Positions 39,405 to 49,282 of a stretch of 64,000 bases of DNA are shown in pieces. The notes under the pieces were generated by a model that saw only the letters and a list, made by a program, of their open reading frames with translations, made no database searches and was not told where the DNA came from. Position 1 is the stretch's first letter. The number at the start of each line of letters is the position of its first letter. Position numbers and translations under genes: made by a program. The DNA is taken from the NCBI GenBank assembly GCA_963719165.1, contig CAVRAV010000001.1:1567565-1631564 (forward strand), in the 5' to 3' direction. This DNA is from an uncultured Actinomycetes bacterium (GTDB lineage Bacteria > Actinomycetota > UBA4738 > HRBIN12).

Positions 39405-39833
39405 TCAATCGGTGTCGTCCACGCGCCGCAGGCCCTTCGTTCGCGCCCGACGCCGCTTCGCGTCGAGGCGACGCTGCACCGAACCCTTGCTCGCGCGCGT
39501 GGGCCGTCGTCTCGGCGGCGGCGGCGCCACGGCCGCGGCGATCGTCGCGGCGAGCCGTTTCCGTGCGGCTTCGCGATTACGCAGCTGCGAACGATGCTCG
39601 GAGGCGGTAACGGTGAGCACCCCGTCCACCAGCCTGCCGGCCAAGCGGTCCATCACTCGAGCGCGCTGGGTCGGACCCAGCGCGGTCGTCGTCGCGAGGT
39701 CGACGCTGAGCTCCACACGAGAGTCGGCCGTGTTCACGGACTGCCCCCCCGGCCCCGAGGATCGACTGAACCGCCACCGCAGCTCCCGCTCGGGGACGAC
39801 CACGGAGCGGGTGACGCGAAGCGGACCGGTCAT
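39405..39833 (-). CDS. arfB: Alternative ribosome rescue peptidyl-tRNA hydrolase
   Basis: RSSGPGGQSVN, RSQLRNR, basic tail RRPTRAS..RRLDAKRRR. Confidence 0.95.
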   Translation of the reverse strand: MTGPLRVTRSVVVPERELRWRFSRSSGPGGQSVNTADSRVELSVDLATTTALGPTQRARVMDRLAGRLVDGVLTVTASEHRSQLRNREAARKRLAATIAAAVAPPPPRRRPTRASKGSVQRRLDAKRRRARTKGLRRVDDTD

Positions 39834-39917
39834 GCCGGTCAGTATGGGCGCCACCTGACGCCGTGCGCCCGCCACCCAGGCCGATCGACGGGCCCCGGGT
39901 GGCAGGCTCGGCAAGCG

Positions 39918-40202
39918 CTACATGCCCTCGATCTCCCCGTCGTGCCACTCGGGGTCCTCTTCCATGAGCGCTCGATACTCCATGAACCGCTCGTTCTGAC
40001 GTGGGTCATCGGCGTTCGCGTCGTACGTCGCCCGGTCCTCGAAGACCGCGAACAGCCACGTGGCGTCGCTGTCGTTCTCGAAGAGCGTGTAGGCGGCCAC
40101 GAAGCCGGCGGGCGTCTCGCCGGCGTTCTGCCGCTCGAAGACCTTGCGCAGGGCCTCTCGATTCTCCTGCTTGACTCGCGAGCGAGCCACGGTTCCGTAC
40201 AT
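39918..40202 (-). CDS. Small ABM-like (dimeric alpha-beta barrel) protein
   Basis: GGAGG RBS; MYGTVAR..., AVFEDRATY.ANA.DP.Q, PEWHDGE. Confidence 0.75.
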   Translation of the reverse strand: MYGTVARSRVKQENREALRKVFERQNAGETPAGFVAAYTLFENDSDATWLFAVFEDRATYDANADDPRQNERFMEYRALMEEDPEWHDGEIEGM

Positions 40203-40329
40203 AGCGGCCTCCATCCTGCGGGCAGCGGGCGGGCAGGGGGCGACGGTACCGCGACCCGGGCGCTTGCGTCGAGCCCCCCGGCGCGCGTCAAGGAGGGTCC
40301 GGACCGCGTCGATAGCGCCTAGTACGCAG

Positions 40330-41163
40330 ATGAACGCTCTCGATCGTTCCTTCGCTCGGCGGTCCCCGCTCGCCATCCTCGGCGTGGCCCTTGCCATGGC
40401 GGTCGCGATCGGCTGGATCGACTTCGCGACCGGCGTCTATCTGAGCTTCGCGCTCATCTACCTGGCTCCCGTCCTGCTCGCCACCGCGTACGCGGGGCGC
40501 GCCTACGGCCTCGCCGTGGCGGGCGTCTGCGCGGCCGCGGGATTGCTCGGCGATCTCGCGAGCGGCGGGACGCATAGCTTCTACCCCGTGTGGAACGCGG
40601 GGACCCGTCTGGGCGTGTTCGTCGTCGTGGTGATCGTCGTGTCGCAGCTCCGAACCGCACACCAGACGGAGCGATCGCTCGCCCGCACCGACCCGCTCAC
40701 GGGCGTGGCGAACTTCCGGTGGTTCGAGGAGGTGGCGCAGCGCGAGATGTACTCGTCGCGTCGCTACGGAGGACCGCTGTCGCTCATCTATCTCGATCTC
40801 GACGACTTCAAGCGCATCAACGACGAGCAGGGCCACGCGGCCGGGGACCAGTTGTTGCGTTCGGTGGCCTCCGCCCTCGGCGCGTCGTTGCGACCTTCCG
40901 ACCTCGTCGCCCGCATCGGTGGCGACGAGTTCGTGGTGCTCCTCCCCCACACCGATCGCGAGGGAGCCGAAGCCGTCGTCTCGCGCGTGCGCTCCGAGCT
41001 CGCGCCCGTCGGCGTCGGCTTCAGCGTGGGGATCATCCAGCTCGATCAGGCGGTGGGCTCCATCGACGACCTGGTGGGAAAGGCGGACGCGCTCATGTAC
41101 GAGGCCAAGCACGCGAAGGGCCGCGCCGAGGCCTCGCCGCAGACCGAGCCGGTCAGCGCCTAG
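40330..41163 (+). CDS. Membrane diguanylate cyclase (GGDEF)
   Basis: N-terminal TMs, TDPLTG, DLDDFKRIND..GH..GD, RIGGDEF. Confidence 0.93.
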   Translation: MNALDRSFARRSPLAILGVALAMAVAIGWIDFATGVYLSFALIYLAPVLLATAYAGRAYGLAVAGVCAAAGLLGDLASGGTHSFYPVWNAGTRLGVFVVVVIVVSQLRTAHQTERSLARTDPLTGVANFRWFEEVAQREMYSSRRYGGPLSLIYLDLDDFKRINDEQGHAAGDQLLRSVASALGASLRPSDLVARIGGDEFVVLLPHTDREGAEAVVSRVRSELAPVGVGFSVGIIQLDQAVGSIDDLVGKADALMYEAKHAKGRAEASPQTEPVSA

Positions 41164-41216
41164 CGCGGCGTGCCCGCGGCCGCTACTCGCGGGCGCCGGA
41201 TCCGCCTGCGCCGAGC

Positions 41217-41670
41217 TCACCGCTTGGGCTTGGACGTGCTCTCCCGCGTCTCGAGGCCCACCGAGGTTCGCAGCTCCCTCATGTCCTTGTCGAGGGAGGA
41301 GTCCGGGTGCTCGTCCGCCAGGTGCTTCATCAGATCGGCGAGACCGTCGGCGATGGCATTGAGCTTGTGTTGGGTGGCCTGATCCGTCCGGGTCTGGCTG
41401 TTCTGCAGGAGGGCGACCATCAGGAAGGTCACGATCGTCGTCGTCGTATTGATCTCCAGCTGATATTGGGGGTCGAGGAACGCGTGCGTCCCCTTGGAGA
41501 CGATGAGGGCCACGCCTTGGATGAGCCACAGGATGACGAGCAAAAGGCAGAAGGCGAAGAACGGGAGCGCGGCTGGCGAGCTTTGCTGACAGCCCCGCGA
41601 ATCGGTCGAAGAACCCGACCCTGCTCGAGACCTCGCTCGGCATGAGGATCGGCCCGGGCTTCTTGCTCAT
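41217..41670 (-). CDS. Low-affinity iron permease (Fet4-like) family protein; frameshift near 41563-41565
   Basis: FFDRFA..ASRAP then FFAFCLLL..YQL.INT.TTIVTFLMVALLQNSQ.R.D.A..HKL. Confidence 0.82.
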
Positions 41671-41734
41671 CGGACGCTCCTTCCTTCGGCGCGACGCCAC
41701 GGTCACCGACCCACGAGCTCCCGCGTCCTGGTAC

Positions 41735-42116
41735 TCAGATCACGTGGAAGCCCAGGATCCTGCCGACGCGGTCGTTGCCGGGCAGCGACCTCCACTTCAC
41801 CTCGTACTTGCCGTGGCCGCTCGGGGGGAACTGCGCCGCCCACTTGATCGATGAGGACCAGACCGGGCCGTGCCTGTGGACGCGGAACCTCCGGCATACG
41901 GTCGTGTGGTCGGGCGCCGTCACGCAGAGGCGATACCTCCCGAAGTAGCGGGCGGCGAGCGAGATCCGTAAGGATCCTTACCCCGTGGGCCTTGGTCGTG
42001 CTCTGGCAGATGTCACCGGTTGGGCTGCAATAGCTGGTAGGCCGATGATGTGCCTGCGCCGCCACGGGCGTCGCCAGCAGTCCCAGCACGAATGCGAACG
42101 TCACGACCCAGCGCAC
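41735..42116 (-). CDS. Secreted Cys-containing hypothetical protein; frameshift near 41965
   Basis: Signal peptide ending AQA, SYCSPTGDIC, then ISLAARYFGRYRLCVTAP..C..F in the adjacent frame. Confidence 0.65.
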
Positions 42117-42322
42117 GAGTGCACCTCCGTTCTCGAGCCGCCACGGCCTCGACGGCCGCGACATCCTCCCCGAGGCTACCCCACCTCGCTGCGGCGGGTG
42201 GGAACGAAGCGGGTCGCCGTCGGCAGCGCCGGGGCCGCCCGCCAAAGCTGATGCGCCGTTCGTGCCATGATGCGGACGGGCGAGGAGGGTTCCTCGTCGT
42301 GTCGGCTCCGGGAGGAGAGATC

Positions 42323-42934
42323 ATGCCGAGGCTCTACTCGATACGCCCCACGCTGCGCTTCAAGGGGCGCCGGTTCCAAGGGGTGCGGGGGTTCACGGGA
42401 AAACCGTCCCATCCTCCCCTGACCGACTTCCCCATCGTGTGCTACGCGCTCGCCGCCGTCTTCGACCTGATCTCCTACGCTTCGAGCGCGCACGATCCGA
42501 AGGCGCAGGACTTCTTCGCCGCCGCGACCTTCGTGATGGTGGCGGGGTTCATCGTCAGCCTTGGCGCGGTGCTCACCGGCTTCTTCGACTGGTGGAAGGG
42601 GATCCCGCGCGACCGCAAGTCGGGACCGCTCGGGCGCGCGAAGCACACCCAGGTGTGGCGGACGATCAACTGGCACGCCACGGTGATGATCGCTGTCACC
42701 GTCCTGACGATCGTGAACCTCGTGCTGCGGATCGCGGACTTCGACCGGGCGCAGACGCAACTCGGTTGGCTCGTGTTGTCGGTCCTGGCGGGGGGAGGCG
42801 TGCTGTTCGGCGCGGCGTACGGAGGCACGCTCGTGTTCGAGTACGGGTTCAACGTGGAGAACGTCGACGAGGTGTGGAACGAGACCGAGGAGGACTACGT
42901 CCGCCCGGATCGCAAGAAGCGCTCGGCCGGGTAG
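42323..42934 (+). CDS. DUF2231 family membrane protein
   Basis: HPPLTDFPI, TGFFDW, WHA, YGGTLVFEYG. Confidence 0.85.
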   Translation: MPRLYSIRPTLRFKGRRFQGVRGFTGKPSHPPLTDFPIVCYALAAVFDLISYASSAHDPKAQDFFAAATFVMVAGFIVSLGAVLTGFFDWWKGIPRDRKSGPLGRAKHTQVWRTINWHATVMIAVTVLTIVNLVLRIADFDRAQTQLGWLVLSVLAGGGVLFGAAYGGTLVFEYGFNVENVDEVWNETEEDYVRPDRKKRSAG

Positions 42935-42961
42935 GACGTCTCGGCCGCGGGGGCGGTCGCG

Positions 42962-43657
42962 TCAGGGAGGGATCGCCGGCGCGTAGGCGACGCAGAAGAA
43001 CGCGAAGACCGGCTCGCGCAGGGGCGGGGCTCCGAACGTGGCCGGGCCGACCGCGTCGTCGAGGTCGAGTGACAGCGTCACGTCGTCGCGCCGGGGCCGG
43101 TTGGGATCATAGACCCGCAGGGTGAGCGCCCCCCCCTCCTCGGAATATCCATAGGCCAGCACCTGATGGTCCTGCTTCAGCTGCCGCGGATCGGATGATT
43201 TGACCTTGATGAGGCCGAGCGTCGCGGGACGGCCGGCATCGAGGGCCGTTCGGACCTTGGGCCACTCCTCGTGCACCATGCGCCACGCCCGCCCGTGCGG
43301 CACCAAGCCCACGCGACTCCACAGCGACTCGCCGTCGGGCAGCAACGGGCTCATCAACTCCAGATAGCGAGCGGGACCCCACGGCAGATCGAAGCTGTCG
43401 AAGAGGCGTTCGCAGAGGTAGTCGAACAGCGGACCGCTCCCAGGAGCGACCTCGTCGAGCGGCGGGGGTCGCTCGGCTTCGAAATAGTCGCGCGCGGCGA
43501 ACGCCATGCCACCGCACAACCCGTTCGAGGCGTCGCCGACGGGAAGGCTGATCACGCCGGGGATCCCGATGTGCCGAACGGGGACGTGGGGGAAGTCGTT
43601 CGCGAAACGGAACCCCGACGTGCTGGGCAGGAAGCCCGGGATCGAGCGGCTCGTGAT
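42962..43657 (-). CDS. Papain-fold cysteine peptidase-like protein; start appears to be ATC after a GGAGG
   Basis: GFRFANDF, GLCGGM (Cys), HQVLAYGY (His), VYDPN (Asp); reading frame open upstream of the called GTG at 43555. Confidence 0.65.
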   Translation of the reverse strand: MTSRSIPGFLPSTSGFRFANDFPHVPVRHIGIPGVISLPVGDASNGLCGGMAFAARDYFEAERPPPLDEVAPGSGPLFDYLCERLFDSFDLPWGPARYLELMSPLLPDGESLWSRVGLVPHGRAWRMVHEEWPKVRTALDAGRPATLGLIKVKSSDPRQLKQDHQVLAYGYSEEGGALTLRVYDPNRPRRDDVTLSLDLDDAVGPATFGAPPLREPVFAFFCVAYAPAIPP

Positions 43658-43676
43658 GGTCGAAAGCCTCCGCGGA

Positions 43677-44700
43677 TCAGCCGGCCTGCACCGGGGACTC
43701 GTGGGACGTGAGATCGATCGTACCGGCCGATCGGAACTGCGCCACGTACCGCTCGAAATCCCAGTCCGACAGGAACTTCTGGGCTCCTCGGCGCCCGTTC
43801 GCGAAGAGCACGTCCTGGGTGGCCGTGTCGATGTCGAAATCGGTCGCCTTCACCTGCACGGTGTCCACGAACATCGTGCGAGCCAGAACCGACGGATCGT
43901 CGATGTGCATCTGGTCGTGGAAGTTCGTCATCGTCCCCACCATGGCGCGTGCCAACCCGAACGCTCCCTTCACGTCGAAGCGCTGAACGACCGCCGAGGC
44001 AGGCTTGGCGGAGAGCTTGATCCCGAAGGTGGGCCAGCGCGGTGGTTTGCCGTCGGTGCGGTCGAATACCTCGATCGGGAAGTTCGAGAGCATCCCGCCG
44101 TCGACCATGTAGGACCGAACCGCCTTGCCGTCTTCGTCGCGGCCGGTGAAGCGGAGCGGCTCGTAGAAGAACGGGATCGACATCGATGCCCGGACGGCGT
44201 CGGCCACGAGCTGATCGTCGGCCTTGAGACCGTACCTCGGGTAGTCCCAGGGAAGACGCACCAGTTCCCCCCGCGTGACGTCCGACGTCATCACGACGAG
44301 CTTGTACGCCTTCTCCGGCGGGAGCGAGGAGTTGGGATCGTCGATGCGCAGGTCCCCGAACGTGCGGCGGCCGAGGCCGGCGAGGAGCCCGTCCAGCCAC
44401 GCCACCAGGTAGTGGCCCTCGTAGATCCCCTTCTCGAACAGGATCGACAGGCCCTTGCCCACGAGCCCCAGATGGTCGATGAAGCCCTCGTCCTGGAACC
44501 GTCCGTAGTCGACGGTCCGCATGACGCGTTGGAGCTCCTCCGGCTCCATGCCGGACGCGATGAGCGCGCCGACGATGGCACCCGCGGACGTTCCCGCGAT
44601 CCGGTGCACGGCGTAGCGCGCGCTTCTGCAGTTCCGTGAACGCCCCCACGAGCCCGATGCCCTTCACGCCCCCGCCCTCGAGCACGAGGTCACAATCCAT
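43677..44700 (-). CDS. Patatin-like phospholipase; frameshift near 44617-44620
   Basis: LVLEGGGVKG, GTSAG, DGGMLSNFP. Confidence 0.9.
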
Positions 44701-45325
44701 GGCCCGATCCCCCCTGCGTACCCTCGTCGCCCCCGGCGGGTTCCGGCTCGGGGATCCGGATCTTCCGATCGGCCCACTGCGGATCCGGCGGCACTTTGGA
44801 AAGGTGGAACTGGTGCTCGAGCCGCGCCCAACGTCGCTCGTCGATGGTCGGCGACTCCTTCGCGTAGCGGTCCAAGCGGAGGCGCACGCCGTCGAGCTCG
44901 TGCACGGCGTCGGCCCGCGAGGCCCGAGGGATCGCGAGCTCCTGCGTCATGTCGCGCCGGAGCGTCTCGTAGCGAAAGGCGGCGATCCGATGAGCCTCCG
45001 CCCGCGTCCCGAGCCGCAGGAACGTCTGCAGGCTCGAGAGCGCGGCGGCGAGGATGCTCAGCGCGCCGACCAGGGCACGGAGGCCGACCTTCACGTTCGC
45101 GGTATCGAGCGACGCGAACACGCTCGTGCCCACGATCGTCGTGAGGACGACCACGGGGATCCCGAGCAGCAAGGACCCGCGACGGAGCCGGTCCGAGGAC
45201 TGCCGGTGGCCGGCCTCTGCCGCGGCGACCCGTCGCAGCCAGGCTTCGAAGAGGCGCTCGATGTCGTCGTCCCAGGCCGCCTTGTGGACGACCGGTTGGG
45301 CGCTGCGGGTTCGTCCTTCGGCCAT
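44690..45325 (-). CDS. SLATT-domain (2TM) protein
   Basis: H...S..LR....LLGIPVVVLTTIVGTSVF / VGALSILAAALSSLQTFL....RAEAHR.AA.RY..LRRD; GGAGG RBS; stop overlaps patatin start. Confidence 0.78.
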   Translation of the reverse strand: MAEGRTRSAQPVVHKAAWDDDIERLFEAWLRRVAAAEAGHRQSSDRLRRGSLLLGIPVVVLTTIVGTSVFASLDTANVKVGLRALVGALSILAAALSSLQTFLRLGTRAEAHRIAAFRYETLRRDMTQELAIPRASRADAVHELDGVRLRLDRYAKESPTIDERRWARLEHQFHLSKVPPDPQWADRKIRIPEPEPAGGDEGTQGGSGHGL

Positions 45326-45346
45326 AGAGCCTCCGCTCGAGCCGGG

Positions 45347-45366
45347 CCCCGAGCCTAGGCTCGGGG
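45347..45366. promoter_or_regulatory. Perfect 20-bp palindrome containing TAGGCT (-10-like) on both strands
   Basis: CCCCGAGCCTAGGCTCGGGG read directly, 21 nt upstream of the SLATT start. Confidence 0.55.
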
Positions 45367-45569
45367 GCGGACCCGAACAGTCGGCCAACCTCGTGATTCG
45401 CGGAGTCCCCCGAAGAGCCGATGCCGGGCCACGGTCGGCGGCCTCGAGCCCGGCGCGGAGGCAGCGGTCCCGGCACCGGCCGGTCTGCGCCCGGACTAAA
45501 GACCGTGCCGAAGGATGTCGACCGTTGGAAGGAGCGACCCGAAGGTCGGATCGTGAACGAGGTGTGGCC

Positions 45570-46001
45570 ATGCCCGTCGACCCGTCGCCCGAAGAGGCAG
45601 AGTTCCTCGAAGATCCCATCCGGCTGCTGATCGCCGACGACGACAGCCAGACGATGCTCGTGCTGCGCGACAGCCTTCCGGCGTTCGGCTTCGAAGTCGT
45701 GGGCGACGCGCGCAACGGCGCGGAGGCCGGGGACAAGGTTGCCTCGCTGCACCCGGAGGTCGTCTTGCTGGACCTGCGCATGCCGGAGATCGACGGGCTG
45801 GAAGCCACGGTGATGATCAAGGCGCAGGAGCCGCGCACGCAGGTCGTCATCCTGACCGCCTACTCGGAGCAGGGCTCCCGGTGGGCCGCGGAGTTCGTGG
45901 GTGCCGCCAACCTCATCGAGAAGAACGCCCCGCTCGACGTGCTGGTGGACACGCTGCGCGCCGCCGCCCACGTCTACCGCTCCGGAGCCCAGGACGACTG
46001 A
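45570..46001 (+). CDS. Stand-alone response regulator receiver
   Basis: LLIADDD, LLDLRMP..DG, ILTAY, K. Confidence 0.9.
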   Translation: MPVDPSPEEAEFLEDPIRLLIADDDSQTMLVLRDSLPAFGFEVVGDARNGAEAGDKVASLHPEVVLLDLRMPEIDGLEATVMIKAQEPRTQVVILTAYSEQGSRWAAEFVGAANLIEKNAPLDVLVDTLRAAAHVYRSGAQDD

Positions 46002-46005
46002 TCGG

Positions 46006-46791
46006 TTACCGAGGACCGATCAAGAAGGACGTTTCCGTCCGCCCCTTGCCTTTGAGCTCGATCGTGCCCCGGGCCTCGACCACGTACGCCGTCCCGAGGG
46101 CCTCGACGACCGACGACGATATCTGGATCCGATCGGGCAGCGACGACGACTCGAGGCGGCTCGCCATGTTCACGGTGTCGCCCCAAACGTCGTACGCGAA
46201 CTTCCAACTGCCGATCACGCCTGCCACCGCCGGGCCGGTGTGCACCCCGATGCGGATCCGCCAACCTCGCTTCGTGATCTCGTTCGTCCGATGGAGTGCG
46301 TCCACCATCAGAAGCGCCATGTCGGCGGCCGCGGCGACGTGATCGCTCCGGGTGCCGGGGAGCCCCCCCACCGCCATGTATGCGTCCCCGATCGTCTTGA
46401 TCTTCTCCATCCCGCTCGAGGCGCAGAGGGCGTCGAACTCCGAGAACAGCCGGTTCAACTCCGTCACCAAGACATCGGGGGCGAGTTGGGAAGAGATCTT
46501 CGTGAAGCCGACGAGGTCGCTCATCAAGACCGATACCTCTTCGTACCGATCCGCGATCAGTGACTCACCGCGGTCCAGGCGGTCGACGATCTGTCGCGGA
46601 AGGATGTTCAGGAGGAGCTCGGTGGATCGGGTGCGTTCCTCGTCGAGCTCATGCATGAGGTTCGACAGGAGTCTCGAGTTCACATCGCGGATCTCTTCGA
46701 GCTGGCGGGTGTTCGTCTGCAGTCGCTCGAGCCTGCGGACGAGCACCCGGATCTGCTTCGCCAGATCCGGGTCGGGGCTCGGATCGCGCAC
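46006..46791 (-). CDS. Class III adenylate cyclase with N-terminal coiled coil
   Basis: LLLNILP, MSDLVGFT, KIKTIGDAYM, YDVWGDTVN.ASR.ES, LKGKG; Lys/Asp adenine-specificity residues. Confidence 0.93.
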   Translation of the reverse strand: MRDPSPDPDLAKQIRVLVRRLERLQTNTRQLEEIRDVNSRLLSNLMHELDEERTRSTELLLNILPRQIVDRLDRGESLIADRYEEVSVLMSDLVGFTKISSQLAPDVLVTELNRLFSEFDALCASSGMEKIKTIGDAYMAVGGLPGTRSDHVAAAADMALLMVDALHRTNEITKRGWRIRIGVHTGPAVAGVIGSWKFAYDVWGDTVNMASRLESSSLPDRIQISSSVVEALGTAYVVEARGTIELKGKGRTETSFLIGPR

Positions 46792-46796
46792 GGCGG

Positions 46797-47960
46797 CTAG
46801 CTCGTGCCCATGAGCAAGGCGACCATCGTCTCGTTGTGGTAGCGGGCCTCTCCGCCCTCGTCGAGTGGTGCGATCTCTCCGAAGGAGTAGAAGCCGCATA
46901 CGGGCACGCCGTCGCCCAGCATCTGCCGAAGGATCTCGTACTCCGTGCCCGTGCGCGTGCCCAGGAGGTACTTGCGGATCGCGCAGGAGAAGATCAATGC
47001 CGCCTCGGGCTTCCCACCGGCGGGGAACTGATCCATCGCTTGCGACAACGCGGAGCGGGCACCGTCGAAGATCTCGTCGGTAGCCGCCGTCGTCAGCTGG
47101 ACCTCGGCACCTTCCTGCACGTCTCCGCTCACCGTGACGGCCCCCGTTGCCTGATCATGACGCACGGGCGCGCGCAGGTAGAACCGCTCGGAACCCTCAT
47201 CGAACACGGCGAGGGGGGTCGCGAACGCAGGCTCGAACCCCTCGCCCAGATACCGCTCGTAGAAGGAAAGGGCGGGCCTGCCGTCGATCTCGCGCACCGT
47301 GCCACCCGACACGTCGGTGACGCGGCCCTTCGGTCCGACCGGGCGCCAACCCGCATCCGTCCCGAATGAGTAGGTGAGGGGCCCCGACAGGAGCAGAAGG
47401 GGAACGGCGTCGGTCACGACCCGGTTGCCGAAGAACTGCCAGCTGTCCCCTGCGGGATGGCGGTTCGATCGCGGCGCCGCTCCACCGCCTATCACGGGCA
47501 CGTCCGGGCCCAGCGCCTCCCGTAGCGCGTCGAGCAGCGCCCGCATGTCTCCGCCGATCGACGGGGTAACGATGCAGAGCCGGGGCTCCTTCTCCGTCTT
47601 GTTCCGGGCCTGCTCGACCGCCGAGCGAGCGGCGCCCGGCACGTCGTCCCAGAGGCGCTCGGCCACGCCGCCGGTGATGTCCACTTCGTCGGAGGCGAAC
47701 AACGCGAGGGTGATGGAGTCTTCCTGGTAGCCCATCTCCGAGGACATCTCGCCCGAGGAGGTCGAGCCGATGAGCTCGATCCCCGGCACGCGCTCCCTGA
47801 CGCTGCTGAGCACCACCTCGTGGTCGGATTCCCATGCGGAGAAGAGGAGGCCGGCTTTCGGCTCGAGGCCGTCGAGCCCCTCGAGGCACTGATCGACGAT
47901 GATGCGCGCGGCGACGTCGGCGTCGATGTCGTCGCTGTGGCCCACCGCCATCCTGAACAT
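46797..47960 (-). CDS. FIST N/C domain sensor protein (NosP-like)
   Basis: IGSTSSGE, GGGA, GWRPVG, EIDGRPA..Y, FSCAIR, GFYSFGEI, HNET. Confidence 0.92.
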   Translation of the reverse strand: MFRMAVGHSDDIDADVAARIIVDQCLEGLDGLEPKAGLLFSAWESDHEVVLSSVRERVPGIELIGSTSSGEMSSEMGYQEDSITLALFASDEVDITGGVAERLWDDVPGAARSAVEQARNKTEKEPRLCIVTPSIGGDMRALLDALREALGPDVPVIGGGAAPRSNRHPAGDSWQFFGNRVVTDAVPLLLLSGPLTYSFGTDAGWRPVGPKGRVTDVSGGTVREIDGRPALSFYERYLGEGFEPAFATPLAVFDEGSERFYLRAPVRHDQATGAVTVSGDVQEGAEVQLTTAATDEIFDGARSALSQAMDQFPAGGKPEAALIFSCAIRKYLLGTRTGTEYEILRQMLGDGVPVCGFYSFGEIAPLDEGGEARYHNETMVALLMGTS

Positions 47961-47999
47961 GTCTGCAGTATGGCCGCTGCGGACCCAACGGGCCGCGCC

Positions 48000-49282
48000 T
48001 CACGCAACGTGAGCGCCTGCGAGCGTGCGCACGATCGTGTCCTCGATGCCGACGGCCGTGCCCTTGTCGAGCCCGCGGGAGATCACCGAGAACGCGACCC
48101 TGGCGCCGCCCGCGTCGGTGACGTAGCCAGACAACGCCGAGACCGGCGTCTCGAAGAGGGTTCCCGTTTTGGCCCGGACCGGGACGCCGACGAGCCTGCC
48201 CTCCATCGTGCCCTGGCCGGACGGGGCGAGCGAGGCGTCGAGGGCTCGTCCCCAGGGCCGACCTTGCGCGAGGAGGAGCAACGTCGCGAGCCCACGCGCA
48301 GAGACCAGGTCCTGATGGGAGAGCCCGGAACCGTCCTCGACTCGGGCCGTCACGCCGAGCGACGCGGCCCAGGCGGCCACGGCTTCGGCGCCTCCGGCCG
48401 TCGAGCCGGCGCCGTGGTCCGCCGCGGCCCCGATCGCCTTCAAGAGGGCCTCGGCGTAGAAGTTCACCGAGCCATGGTTCTGCACCACGAGGAGGTCTCG
48501 CAGCGGCCGGGACCGCGTGAGGGACAACGCGTGAAGGTCCGCGGGCGCCACGCCGGCCGCCGGGTCGTGGGCGACCGCGATCCCTCGCTCGCGCAGGGCC
48601 GCCGTGAGCACGGCCGCCGCCGCGGCCTCGGGTTGCCCCTGCCGGCGTTCCCGTCGAAGGCGAGCGCGGTCGTCCGCGTGACGTAGCTCCGCGAGAGCCC
48701 CGGCACCCATCCGGGCGCCCACCACGATCGGGAGAACGCCGCCGTATCGCCGATCACGCCGCCGGTGATGCGCAACACGCCCGCGGAGGCAACGGCGTCG
48801 GCGAGCCGCGCCAAGGACGCGGCGTTCACCTCGGGGTCCCCAGATCCCACGAGCCAGAGGTCGCCGCGGATCACGCCCGCCCCGACGGGGCGACGTGCGG
48901 CGGCTACGGTCGGGAACCGATGATCGGGGCCGAGGATCGCCAACGCGGCCATCGAGGTCAGGAGCTTCTGATTCGAAGCAGGGATCCGGAGCTCCCCGCC
49001 CGCATGCTCGAACGAGATCCGATCGTTCGCGCCCACGGCCACCGAGACGTCGCGCCCCCCGACCGCGGCTTCGATCTCCCGCGTCCAGTCCGCCGTGACG
49101 ATCCGGGTGACGACTGCGGGAGCGGGAGAGGATGTGGGCGAACCGACGGACGGTACGGCGACCGTCGCGGTCGGCTTGGACACCGGCGCGGTGGTCGGCG
49201 TCGGGTCCCGAGCGGCCGTCGCCGATGTGCAAGCGGCGAGCATCAGCAGGGCCACGATGGAGGTCGATCGTGGTCGGCTCAT
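48000..49282 (-). CDS. dacB: D-Ala-D-Ala carboxypeptidase/endopeptidase (PBP4, peptidase S13), lipoprotein; frameshift at 48630-48632
   Basis: LAAC lipobox, PASNQK (SxxK), GSGDP, SVN (SxN), DGSGLS, AKTGT. Confidence 0.88.
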
